NCBI GenBank assembly: GCA_043759315.1
Contig: JAYVLW010000136.1
Location: 1-61,566, forward strand
Direction: 5' to 3'
DNA from: Myxococcales bacterium
GTDB lineage: Bacteria; Myxococcota_A; Polyangia; Haliangiales; Haliangiaceae
Length of the DNA stretch: 61,566 bases
Position numbers and translations under genes: made by a program. This document shows, one piece after another, positions 1 through 8,929 of the stretch; the first letter of the stretch is position 1, and the number at the start of each line of letters is the position of its first letter. Below the pieces are notes generated by a model. That model was not told where the DNA came from, made no database searches, and worked only from the letters and a program-made list of their open reading frames with translations.

Positions 1-932
1 TAGCACAGCCACGCCGCGAGCCCGCCGAACTCCTGGGTGCACACGCCGAGGCGGCCGTAGAGCACGGCGCGCGGCGTGGTGGCGAGCGAGCGGGTAAGCG
101 AGCGGATGGTGTCGGCGGCGATGCCGGTGATCGGCGCGGCGCGCTCCGGGGTCCATCCCTTGGCAGCAGCCTCGAGCTCGGGCAGCCCGCTGACGGCGAG
201 CCGCCCGCGCACGAGCTTCTCGGTGAACAGCACCTGCACCATCGCGAGGAGCAGTACGGCGTCGGTCGCCGGGCGAATGAAGTGGTGCTCGTCGGCCTTC
301 TCCGCGGTCTCGGTGCGGCGCGGGTCCAGGACGATCACCTTGCCGCCGCGATCGCGGATCGCCTTCAGGCGGCCCTTCACGTCCGGCGCGGTCATGATGC
401 TGCCGTTCGATGCGAGGGGATTCGCGCCGAGGCAGATGAACAGGTCGCTGCGCTCGATGTCGGGGACCGGCATCAAGATCTGGTTGCCGAACATCAGCAG
501 CGCCGCGAGCATGTGCGGGAGCTGATCGAGCGACGTGGCCGAGTAGGCGTTCTTCGTGCCGAGCGTGCGGAGCAACAGCTGGCCGTAGGTGAGGAGGCCG
601 AGGTTGTGCGCCGTCGGGTTGCCCTGATAGACGGCGACCGCGTCCACGCCATACGCCTTGCGGATGTTGAGCAGCTTCGTCGCGACCAGGTCGAACGCCT
701 CCTCCCACGCGACCTCTCGCCACTGTTCGCCGTCGCGCACCATGGGCCGCGTCAGCCGGTCAGGATCCTCGTGGAGGTCGGCGAGCGCCGTGCCCTTGGG
801 GCAGATGTACCCCTTGCTGAACGGGTCGGCGGCATCGCCGCGCACGCTCAGGACGCGGTCTCCTTCGATCTCGATCGCGACGCCGCACGTGGCTTCGCAT
901 AGTGGACAGCTGCGATACACTGTCGTTGGCAT
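1..932 (-). CDS. molybdopterin (bis-MGD) oxidoreductase family protein; N-terminal ~310 aa only, the 3' end lies outside the window
   Basis: Not in the ORF track because it runs off the window edge. Reverse translation from the ATG (complement of 930-932) gives MPTTVYRSCPLCEATCGVAIEIEGDRVLSVRGD..PFSKGYICPKG..YQGNP..GANPLASNGS. This shows the N-terminal CxxCxxxC 4Fe-4S motif plus a MopB-type core, as in formate dehydrogenase/BisC-like enzymes. Confidence 0.8.
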   Translation of the reverse strand, partial: MPTTVYRSCPLCEATCGVAIEIEGDRVLSVRGDAADPFSKGYICPKGTALADLHEDPDRLTRPMVRDGEQWREVAWEEAFDLVATKLLNIRKAYGVDAVAVYQGNPTAHNLGLLTYGQLLLRTLGTKNAYSATSLDQLPHMLAALLMFGNQILMPVPDIERSDLFICLGANPLASNGSIMTAPDVKGRLKAIRDRGGKVIVLDPRRTETAEKADEHHFIRPATDAVLLLAMVQVLFTEKLVRGRLAVSGLPELEAAAKGWTPERAAPITGIAADTIRSLTRSLATTPRAVLYGRLGVCTQEFGGLAAWLC

Positions 933-2811
933 GGCGACCTCGACGGGGACCTTAGCAGGGAACGCGGGAGGGGAGCCGCTGTCCGCCGAGCAGCTGCTCA
1001 AGCTGCATCCATTCCCGGGCGAGTACGCGAAGGACAAGCGCATCGAGCGGCTGTGGACGTTCGAGCTGCCGTGCACGCCGGAGCAGATCTGGCCCCACAT
1101 CGCCGATACGTCGCGGATGAACCGCGCTCTCGGGACCGCCGAGATGGTGTTCGAGGAGCGCGACGGCAAGCGCTATGGCTCGGCAAAGCCGGGTGGCGTG
1201 CGGCACGAGTGGTACGAGGTGCCGTGGAACTGGGTCGCGAACCAGTGGCTGACGTGCACGCGGATCTACGAGCGCGGTTTCATGAAGGTGATGTACGCGA
1301 TCCATCGCGTCGATCCCACGCCCGCCGGCTGCCGCGTCTACCTCTACTTCGGAGCGATCCCGCGCAGCGCGCTCGGCAGCGCGGCGATCCGTCTCGGCCT
1401 GCCGAGCCTCGAGAAGGCCTACAGGCGCGTGCTGCCGGCGATCGCCGCGCAGATCGAACGCCTGCGGCCGGCGGCGGTCCTGTTGCCGGCGCCGCCTCTC
1501 GATCCCGCCGCGGATCAGCGGTTGCGCGCGCAGCGTGATCGCCTCGTCGCCGACGGATGTGATGCCACCTGCGTCGACAAGCTTCTCGACTGGATCCGCA
1601 CGGGCGACGACATCGATCTGCACCGCATCCAGATCCGCGAGCGAGCGCGCACGTGGCAGCTTGCCGAGGACGAGCTGCTCAAGGTCGCGCTGCACGCGAC
1701 GCGCTCCGGTGTGCTGACGCTGTCGTGGGACACCGTGTGCCCGCACTGCCGCGGCGTGCGCGACGAGAACGGAGCGCTGTCGGCGCTGGCCGCGACCAGC
1801 CACTGCGGTCCGTGCCAGGTCACGTTCGCGACGGATGCTCCGGAGACGGTGGAGGTCACGTTCCGCGTGCACTCGTCGATCCGCGACGTGCCCGATCAGG
1901 TGTACTGCAGCGCCGAGCCCGCGAGGAAGGAGCACATCCGCGTCAGCTGGACGCTCCCGCCGGGCTCCGCGGCGACGCTCGATCCAAAGCTCAAGCCGGG
2001 TCGTTACAACGTGGCGCGGTCGTTCAAAGGCAGCTGGTACCTCGACATCGAGGACTCCGGTGCCTCGAACGTGAAGTGGGAGCCCAGCCTCGAAGGCACC
2101 GTCGTCAAGGCATCGCCGATGGCGACGATCGAGATCACGAACGAGACCGCCGAGCCGCAGTCGTTCATGATCGCGGAGGCCCAGTGGCCCGATCACGCGC
2201 TGCGCGCCGGCCAGCTGCTCAGCTTCCAGGACTTCCGTGATCTGTTCTCCGAGGAGTACATCGGCGCCGACGTACGGCTCGGCGTCGGGCAGCAGACGCT
2301 GCTGTTCACCGACGTCGTCGGGTCCACGGCGTTCTACGCGGAGCGGGGCGATCCGGCGGCGTTCGTCGAGATCAAGAAGCACTTCGACGAGGTGTTCGCG
2401 ATCGTGACCGAGTTCCGCGGTGCGATCGTGAAGACCATCGGCGATGCCGTGATGGCGACGTTCACGAACCCGGTCGACGCGGTCCGCGCGTCGCAGAAGA
2501 TCCACGCCACGTTCCACCCGGAGCGCGCGGACACGCCGATCCGCCTGCGCATCTCGCTCAACACCGGGCCGTGCATCGCGGTGCGCCTCAACTCGAACGC
2601 GGACTTCTTCGGTGGCACCGTGAACATCGCCGCGAAGCTGCAGGCGCTCGCCGAGGGCTATCAGATCGCGATGAGCGAGGCGACGTACAGCTCGCCGGGC
2701 GTCGCCGAGTTCCTCGCCGAGCAGGGCGCAGAGGCCGAGGTGCTCGAGTACACGTCGAAGGCCCTGCCCGCGCCGGTCGCGGTGCGGCGCTGGAGCGTCT
2801 ACCAGGCCTGA
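931..2811 (+). CDS. class III adenylate/guanylate cyclase with an N-terminal SRPBCC-like domain and a central CxxC..CxxC module
   Basis: Inner ATG of ORF 658..2811 (aa 92, MATSTG..). The upstream part overlaps the opposite gene. C-terminus: QTLLFTDVVGSTAFY..GAIVKTIGDAVMATF..RISLNTGPC..DFFGGTVNIAAKL, the cyclase catalytic motifs. Middle: CPHCRG..CGPC. Confidence 0.85.
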   Translation: MATSTGTLAGNAGGEPLSAEQLLKLHPFPGEYAKDKRIERLWTFELPCTPEQIWPHIADTSRMNRALGTAEMVFEERDGKRYGSAKPGGVRHEWYEVPWNWVANQWLTCTRIYERGFMKVMYAIHRVDPTPAGCRVYLYFGAIPRSALGSAAIRLGLPSLEKAYRRVLPAIAAQIERLRPAAVLLPAPPLDPAADQRLRAQRDRLVADGCDATCVDKLLDWIRTGDDIDLHRIQIRERARTWQLAEDELLKVALHATRSGVLTLSWDTVCPHCRGVRDENGALSALAATSHCGPCQVTFATDAPETVEVTFRVHSSIRDVPDQVYCSAEPARKEHIRVSWTLPPGSAATLDPKLKPGRYNVARSFKGSWYLDIEDSGASNVKWEPSLEGTVVKASPMATIEITNETAEPQSFMIAEAQWPDHALRAGQLLSFQDFRDLFSEEYIGADVRLGVGQQTLLFTDVVGSTAFYAERGDPAAFVEIKKHFDEVFAIVTEFRGAIVKTIGDAVMATFTNPVDAVRASQKIHATFHPERADTPIRLRISLNTGPCIAVRLNSNADFFGGTVNIAAKLQALAEGYQIAMSEATYSSPGVAEFLAEQGAEAEVLEYTSKALPAPVAVRRWSVYQA

Positions 2812-2819
2812 GACCCGAG

Positions 2820-3542
2820 CTACTGCACCTGGATCGACAGGTCGTCGTACTCGATCGAGAACACCGTCGTCACGTCGCGCACCGCACCGCCGCCGAGGCT
2901 GAGCTGCATCGTCGACGAGGGAATCGGATGTGCGGCCATCACATCGAACGAGATCGCCGCATCGATGGCCCCCTGGATGTGCGCGGTGCCCAGCGCGCCG
3001 ATGGTGATCGTCATCGCGACGCTGTGAAAGCCATTGTTCGCGAGATCGACGAGGGCGGTGTTCACGTTGGCGCCGCACCCCGCGTAGGTCTCCTGGAGAT
3101 CGAACGGGCCGGTGCTGTCGCGCACGAGGTAGAAGCCTTGGCTCGTGCATCCGGCGGCGGGAGTCGTCCAGCGTAGCTGCACGAGGTCGACCTCGGCGAT
3201 TCCCGGCGCGCTGCTCGTGTACTTGATCCGGAACGCGACCCTCACGCTGCTCGTCACGGCCGGCAGGTTCTTCACCAGAAAGGCGCCGTCGCCGCTGGCC
3301 GGCAGGGTGACGAGCAACGTGCCCATCGACGTGATGACGACGGTGCCGTTCGCGGAGGTATTCGTGAGGTCCCAGCCGGTCCCCGCCGGTGGCGGTCGGT
3401 CGAAGTCATCGCAGAACGTGGACATGCAGACCGCGGCGCTGTCGGTCGCATCGCGCTCGCCGGGATCCGCGTCGCGGATCCCATCGAAGTTGCGCCGACC
3501 GCAGCCGACCAGCGCGACCACCGCCCACAGCCACCCGCGCAC
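2820..3542 (-). CDS. hypothetical lipoprotein (secreted, unknown fold)
   Basis: ORF 2820..3542 with a GTG start. N-terminus MRGWLWAVVALVGCG is a lipobox-type signal. High GC3. Starts 1 nt after the stop of the upstream STAND-like gene, so it is probably co-transcribed. Confidence 0.65.
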   Translation of the reverse strand: MRGWLWAVVALVGCGRRNFDGIRDADPGERDATDSAAVCMSTFCDDFDRPPPAGTGWDLTNTSANGTVVITSMGTLLVTLPASGDGAFLVKNLPAVTSSVRVAFRIKYTSSAPGIAEVDLVQLRWTTPAAGCTSQGFYLVRDSTGPFDLQETYAGCGANVNTALVDLANNGFHSVAMTITIGALGTAHIQGAIDAAISFDVMAAHPIPSSTMQLSLGGGAVRDVTTVFSIEYDDLSIQVQ

Positions 3543-3543
3543 G

Positions 3544-6500
3544 CTAGGGAACGAGCTCTTGCAGGAACGTCATGCCGTCGGCCTTGCCACCGACGAGACC
3601 ACCCACGAGCTTGCTGGTCTGCCGGGCGAGCGGCGGGCCATCCTTGGCGACCTTGCCGAGGGACGACTCGGTGGCGGCCCGGCCGGCGTCCGTGCGGGCG
3701 AGCGTGATGAATGCAGCCGCGATCACGAGGCGGCGCATCGCATTGGTCTCCGAGTCCCGCAGGATATCGGCGAGCTTCTCGGGCTCGTTCGTCTTCGCGT
3801 ACGCGGCGCCGAGCGCCGGCAGCATGGCGACCCGCACGTCGTGCGACGGATCGTCGAGAAGCGGTTCGAGGAGCTGCACCGCGAGCGCGGCATCGCGATC
3901 GACGAGGCCGATCGCCGCGGCGGCGGCCTGCGCGCGCTCGCGCTCGGCGCGTGATCCGAGCGAGCGATGGAGGCGCGCGACCACGGCATCCTTCGCCGCG
4001 ACGCGCGCGATCGTGGTCAGTGCGAGCTGGCTGAGCTCCGGGTTGGGATCGCGGACGGCGAGGGCGAGCGTGCGATCGAGGACCGCGGGGTCGAGCTTGT
4101 CCTTCTGCGCGGCGAGGCGCTCGAGTGCGGCCTTGCGCACCTGCGGGTCCGGATCTGCGAGCGCAGCCGAGAGCGTCGCTCCGGCACGCAGGCCGGAGGC
4201 GAGCGCCGCATCGACGGCCTCGACGCGCACGAGCGGCGAGCTATCAGCGACCGCGATGCCGATCAGCTCGCCCGCGCCGATCAGCTTCGCGGCACGGAGC
4301 AGGGCGAGCTTCTCCGCCTCGTCGCCACGCTCGAACATCTTCGCCATCGTCGCCTGCGCCGACTTCGGCGCATCGGCACCGAGCGCACCGATGGCGCGAA
4401 CGGAGATCACGCGTACCTCGCGGTCCGGATCGTCGAGCATCTTGACCAGCGACTCGCCCACGCTCTTGTTGCCCTTCGCGGCGGACATCGCGAGCACGCG
4501 CGCGGCATCAGCGCGAATCTCGCTGCTCTGGTCACCGACGAGCTTGGCCGCGATCACCGCGCCGTTTTTCGCCGGCTCCGGCCCATCGGCGACGCAGCTC
4601 ATCACGAGGCGGCGTACGTCCACGGACGGATCATCGGTGGATCGCGCGAGCAGGCGGCGCGCCTCGGCGCTACCCGCGAGTGCGGCGTTGCACAGCCCCT
4701 CGACGCCGATCGGGTGCAACGCGGGATCCTCGGGCGTGCGCGCCGCGGCGCTCAGGTACTCGAGCACGGCGGCGGGCTTCTTCTTCGCGAGGTGCGCGAA
4801 CACCTTCGCCGCGTCGCGGCGCGGGCGGCCCTTCTCTCGCCACAGCTGCGAGATGCCACCGACGGCGACACCCACGTTACCGCCGCTCTCTGCACTCGCA
4901 GCGAGACCCTCGGCGGCGCCGATGCGGACGTTATAGTTCTCGGCCTTCGCCATCTTGATCAGGCGCTCCTGGTACGTGCGACCGGCCTTGCCCGATGCGG
5001 CGGCGGCGGCGGCACGGACGTCGCCGTCCTCGTCCTTGAGCATGCGGTCGAGCGCGTTCTCGGCGGCGCCCTTCGCGGTCGGCGCGACCTCGCCCCACGC
5101 GAGCGCTGCGGCGACGCGGAGGGCCTTGTCGAGCTTCTTGTCCTCGAGCATCGTCGAGAGGTCGCCGCCGGCACGCTCGGGATCCGCCTTCGCGTACAGC
5201 GGGAGCGCCGCGGCACGGACCCCGGCAGAGCGAGAGGCGAACGCGGTGCGCGCTGACTCCACGAGATCGGGAACCTTGGGCAGGGGATCGAGATCGCGGA
5301 GGAGACCGATCGCGTAGATCCGCGCGTCGGCGGGCGCGCGATCCTGGGCGATCAGCTTGGTCAGCTCGGCTGCAGTAGCGTCGGGTGCGGTCGCGAGCGC
5401 GCCGCGGATCTGCGTCTTCGCGCGCTCGCGCAGCGCAGGCGATGCCTCCGGATCGGAGAGCACGGCGACCGCGTTGGTGGCGGAGCCAGGCTCCTCGATG
5501 CTGATGGTCGAGACCTCGACGAGGAGCTCGCGGCGGGCCGCGGAGTCGGGGTTCGCATCCAGCGCTTTCTGGAACAAGGCGCGACCGCGTTCGCCGAGGC
5601 TGCGGACCGACGAGAACGCGATGCGGCGGAGCTCGGCATCGGTCGAGATCAGCGTCTGAGCGAGCGTGTCCTGGTAGACGTCCGCCCGCTGCGCGGCGGC
5701 ACCGGCCGCAGCCACGGCCGCACGCTGTACGGCGGGCGAGGGCGTCTTGAGCGCTGCTTCGACGAACGCGACCTCGGTCGGCGTGCCGCGCGCGATCGGG
5801 CGGAGGGCGCCGAGCAGCTCGGCGAGATCATCAGGATCCTTCGCCGCGGCCTTGAGCGCCTCGAGGGCCTTCTCGTTACCGGTCGTCGCGTAGTCGACGA
5901 GGCCGGCGAGTTGCGGTGCCATGATCCCGGGGATCAGGTCGTCCCAGTCGCCCTTGGCAGCGCCGGTGTCGTGGTTCTCGATCTTCTTCCAGGCCTCGGC
6001 CGCCACCATCGGGCGCGTCAGACCGGTGTCGGCGATCTGGTCGCCGAAGCCTCCCGGGAGCCAGTGAAAGCTCGACAGTCCCGCGCGTCCCTTGCGCACC
6101 ACGATCCGCTCGCCGCCGGCCTGTGGCTCGAGATCGTAGTAGACGCGGCCGCGCATCGCGAACCAGATGATGATCAAGAGGATGATCGGCGTCGCTGCGA
6201 TCGCGCCGGCGATCATCATGTAGTAGCGCTTGCTGCGGTCGAGGACCGCCTGCTCTTCGGGGGTGACCGCGGCGATGCCCTCGTTGCGGAGTGCGCGCAG
6301 CTCGCGGAGGTTCAGTCGCTCCTTGTTCTGCGTCTTCGAGCCGAGCAGATCGAACCCGCGCCGCGCTGCTGCACGCGCGGGAGCCGTCAGCTCCTTCACG
6401 CGCTGGGTGAGCACCTCGTGCCGCAGGATCCAAGAGCTCGCCGCCGCGTCGGCGCGGATGATCACGCCCTTGCTTTCGAGCGTGTTCAGCGCCTGCTGCG

Positions 6501-7506
6501 CGAACGCCATGTCGAGGTTGATGCGCTTGACCACGCTCTCGGCGGTGCGCGGGACATGACCGGTCGCCGCGAGCTCGGCGCACAGCCGCAGCGCCGACCG
6601 CTCGTTGCCGGTGGCCTTGCACGCCTCGTGGAGCCAGAGCGATTCGAGCTCCGTTGGGCCGCCGATCTTGTGCAACGCGGCGAGCGTGGTGATGCGAAGG
6701 TCGCGCATCGCCATCGCCGAGATCTGGAGATCCGCGGCGAGCAGCGGCTGACCACGGCTGATGCCCTGGACGACCGCATCGGCCAGCGGAGGATCGGCGG
6801 CGACGCCGGAGAGCGAGAGCATTCGATCGAAGATCGAGCTCGCGAGCGCCGCCGGAATGCGCGGCAGCTCGTAGCGCGCCGACGGCGGAAACAACGAGCC
6901 GGTGCGCCGCTCGAGGGCGCCGAGCAGGTGCTGGCGCTCGCTCGCGCACACGAACAGGAACCGCGCGCGACCGCCGGAGCGGCTGACCACGCGCGCGAAC
7001 AGGTCACTGAGCTCGCCGACCGCCTTGTCGTCCGCGCACAGCACGTCGATGTCATCGACGACGAACACGAACTGCTGGCCAGCGACCGCCGCGGAGACGG
7101 CGCGGGAGACGAACGCGACCGGTGCTTCGTTGTTGTTGGGCTGGATCCCGAACGCCGAGAGCCCCGAAGCGAAGCTCTGCGCCGGTGTGCCGAGGTCCTC
7201 GCACGCGAGCGCGACGATGCCGTGATCGCGCAGGTACGGGATCAGGCCAGCCCGAACGAGCGAGGTCTTGCCAACGCCCGGCTCGCCATAGACGAGGCCC
7301 GCGCGAAACCCATCGGCCGTGACCATCTTCGCGATCTCGTCGCGCTCGGTCTCGCGACCATGCCAGACGTCGCGCTCGGCCTCCCCGAATGGGTCCAGCC
7401 CCCGCAACGGCGACACCGTTCCCGGATACGTCGCGACCGCCACGTCGGCACTATACACACAGATGAAATGTGGTGGCCTGTTCGCGTCGTCGTACACTGG
7501 ACGCAT
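3544..7506 (-). CDS. STAND-like P-loop NTPase with one predicted TM helix and a ~800-aa HEAT/PBS-lyase-type repeat region
   Basis: ORF 3544..7614; first ATG at 7506, alternative GTG starts at 7458 and 7443. Motifs: PLRGLDPFGEAERDVWHGRE, Walker A GEPGVGKTS, Walker B FVFVVDDID, hydrophobic segment YYMMIAGAIAATPIILLIIIWFAM, then Ala/Leu-rich repeats with recurring D(P/G)xxxVR(xx)A motifs. Confidence 0.8.
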   Translation of the reverse strand: MRPVYDDANRPPHFICVYSADVAVATYPGTVSPLRGLDPFGEAERDVWHGRETERDEIAKMVTADGFRAGLVYGEPGVGKTSLVRAGLIPYLRDHGIVALACEDLGTPAQSFASGLSAFGIQPNNNEAPVAFVSRAVSAAVAGQQFVFVVDDIDVLCADDKAVGELSDLFARVVSRSGGRARFLFVCASERQHLLGALERRTGSLFPPSARYELPRIPAALASSIFDRMLSLSGVAADPPLADAVVQGISRGQPLLAADLQISAMAMRDLRITTLAALHKIGGPTELESLWLHEACKATGNERSALRLCAELAATGHVPRTAESVVKRINLDMAFAQQALNTLESKGVIIRADAAASSWILRHEVLTQRVKELTAPARAAARRGFDLLGSKTQNKERLNLRELRALRNEGIAAVTPEEQAVLDRSKRYYMMIAGAIAATPIILLIIIWFAMRGRVYYDLEPQAGGERIVVRKGRAGLSSFHWLPGGFGDQIADTGLTRPMVAAEAWKKIENHDTGAAKGDWDDLIPGIMAPQLAGLVDYATTGNEKALEALKAAAKDPDDLAELLGALRPIARGTPTEVAFVEAALKTPSPAVQRAAVAAAGAAAQRADVYQDTLAQTLISTDAELRRIAFSSVRSLGERGRALFQKALDANPDSAARRELLVEVSTISIEEPGSATNAVAVLSDPEASPALRERAKTQIRGALATAPDATAAELTKLIAQDRAPADARIYAIGLLRDLDPLPKVPDLVESARTAFASRSAGVRAAALPLYAKADPERAGGDLSTMLEDKKLDKALRVAAALAWGEVAPTAKGAAENALDRMLKDEDGDVRAAAAAASGKAGRTYQERLIKMAKAENYNVRIGAAEGLAASAESGGNVGVAVGGISQLWREKGRPRRDAAKVFAHLAKKKPAAVLEYLSAAARTPEDPALHPIGVEGLCNAALAGSAEARRLLARSTDDPSVDVRRLVMSCVADGPEPAKNGAVIAAKLVGDQSSEIRADAARVLAMSAAKGNKSVGESLVKMLDDPDREVRVISVRAIGALGADAPKSAQATMAKMFERGDEAEKLALLRAAKLIGAGELIGIAVADSSPLVRVEAVDAALASGLRAGATLSAALADPDPQVRKAALERLAAQKDKLDPAVLDRTLALAVRDPNPELSQLALTTIARVAAKDAVVARLHRSLGSRAERERAQAAAAAIGLVDRDAALAVQLLEPLLDDPSHDVRVAMLPALGAAYAKTNEPEKLADILRDSETNAMRRLVIAAAFITLARTDAGRAATESSLGKVAKDGPPLARQTSKLVGGLVGGKADGMTFLQELVP

Positions 7507-8929
7507 GGGCAGCCACTCCCTGGCGGGACTCGTCGCGCTCGGCGTCGGCATCGGCGCCGTGGTCGCGAGCGCAGGGGGGCCGGCGCCGCGTACGAAGGTC
7601 ACCGTGTGGGCCACACCGGGACCTGCGGCCGCGGTCTACGGGGGGCTCTCGTACGGTGGGTCCGCGCCGACGACGGGCGCGCTGATCACCGACCGCCGCG
7701 ACATCGAGGTTGTCGCCGGAACGGAGATCCGGATCCCGGGCGTGGCGGCGACCGTGGACCCCGCGTCGGTGTTGCTGCGGGACCTCACCGATCCCTCGAC
7801 GACGATCGCGGAGCAGCGGTTCGTGCGAGGCGCGACCACGCCGACCGAGATCCTGCAACGGCACGTCGGCGATCCCGTGACCGTCGTGTCGGCGAAAGGC
7901 GAGCTCGCCGGCGTGCTGCGCTCCGTCGACGAACAAGTGCTCGTGCTCGAGATCGGCACGGGTGAGCAGCGCCGGCTCCAGATCATGCGCCGCGATGGTT
8001 ACGTGCAGGATGTTCGGCTACCCGCCGGTTCGGGCGTCGACCGGCCGAGCCTCGTGTGGCGCCTCGCGTCGAAGAAGCCCGGCAAGCACGAGATCGAGCT
8101 GACCTACCGTGCCGACGGCATGTCGTGGACCGCGGACTACCTCGCCGTGGTCGCCGAAGACGGTGCCAGTGTCGACTTCTCTGCGTGGGCGACCGTGAAG
8201 AACGCATCGGGAGCGACGTTCGACAACGCGGAGCTGACGCTCGTCGGCGGAGCACCGGTGAGTCAGGCAGCATCGGTGCGCGGAGCGCCAGCACCTTCGC
8301 CCGCGCGGTACACGATCGCCACGCCGGTGCATCTCGGCAGCGGGCAGTTCGTTCAAGTCCCGCTGTTCCCGACGAAGCAGAACGCGAAGGCGCGATCGGT
8401 GGTGACGTACGAGGCGATGCCGGATCCGTCGCTCGGGTTCCAGGCGTATCCCAACACCGACTGTAACCAGTTCAACGGCGTCGGCATGGGTAACGGTCGC
8501 GCCGAGGTTGCGATCGAGGTCGACGTGCCGACGACCGGGCCCCTCCCCGACGGGCGCGTTCGGATGTTCCGGCACAAGGCCGATCGCCTCGAGATCGTCA
8601 GCGAGGAGCCGCTGCGGTCGAGCTCCGGGCTAGCGCGCGTGCGCGTGGCGCCGCACACCGAGGTGGTGGGAGAGCGCAAGGCACTCGCGTGCACCTACGA
8701 CGAGCGCACGCACACGGTCACGGAGAAGCTCGAGGTCAAGGTCGAGAACAAGTCCAAGAAGCCGGCGGAGATCGTGATCCGCGAGTTCGCATGGCGATGG
8801 CCGGTGTGGCGGCTCGACGCAGAGGACTCCAGAAGCACCCGCGCCGGTGCGCAGACCGTCGAGTACCGGGCGACGGTGCCGGCGAGCGGGAAGAAGACCG
8901 TCACGTACTCCGTCATCTACACATGGTGA
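7505..8929 (+). CDS. DUF4139 (MuiA/TIGR02231-like) domain protein, secreted
   Basis: Inner ATG of ORF 7319..8929 (aa 63). Signal-like MGSHSLAGLVALGVGIGAVVASAGG. Core ..LTYRADGMSWTADYLAVV..FSAWATVKNASGATFDNAELTLVGG.. is typical of DUF4139. Confidence 0.75.
   Translation: MGSHSLAGLVALGVGIGAVVASAGGPAPRTKVTVWATPGPAAAVYGGLSYGGSAPTTGALITDRRDIEVVAGTEIRIPGVAATVDPASVLLRDLTDPSTTIAEQRFVRGATTPTEILQRHVGDPVTVVSAKGELAGVLRSVDEQVLVLEIGTGEQRRLQIMRRDGYVQDVRLPAGSGVDRPSLVWRLASKKPGKHEIELTYRADGMSWTADYLAVVAEDGASVDFSAWATVKNASGATFDNAELTLVGGAPVSQAASVRGAPAPSPARYTIATPVHLGSGQFVQVPLFPTKQNAKARSVVTYEAMPDPSLGFQAYPNTDCNQFNGVGMGNGRAEVAIEVDVPTTGPLPDGRVRMFRHKADRLEIVSEEPLRSSSGLARVRVAPHTEVVGERKALACTYDERTHTVTEKLEVKVENKSKKPAEIVIREFAWRWPVWRLDAEDSRSTRAGAQTVEYRATVPASGKKTVTYSVIYTW

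Noticed and set aside
3544-7506. STAND NTPase as an Avs-like antiphage defence gene
   Set aside because: It has no nuclease, Sir2, TIR or protease effector domain, it has a TM helix plus HEAT repeats instead, and there are no neighbouring defence or mobile genes. The context looks like envelope housekeeping.
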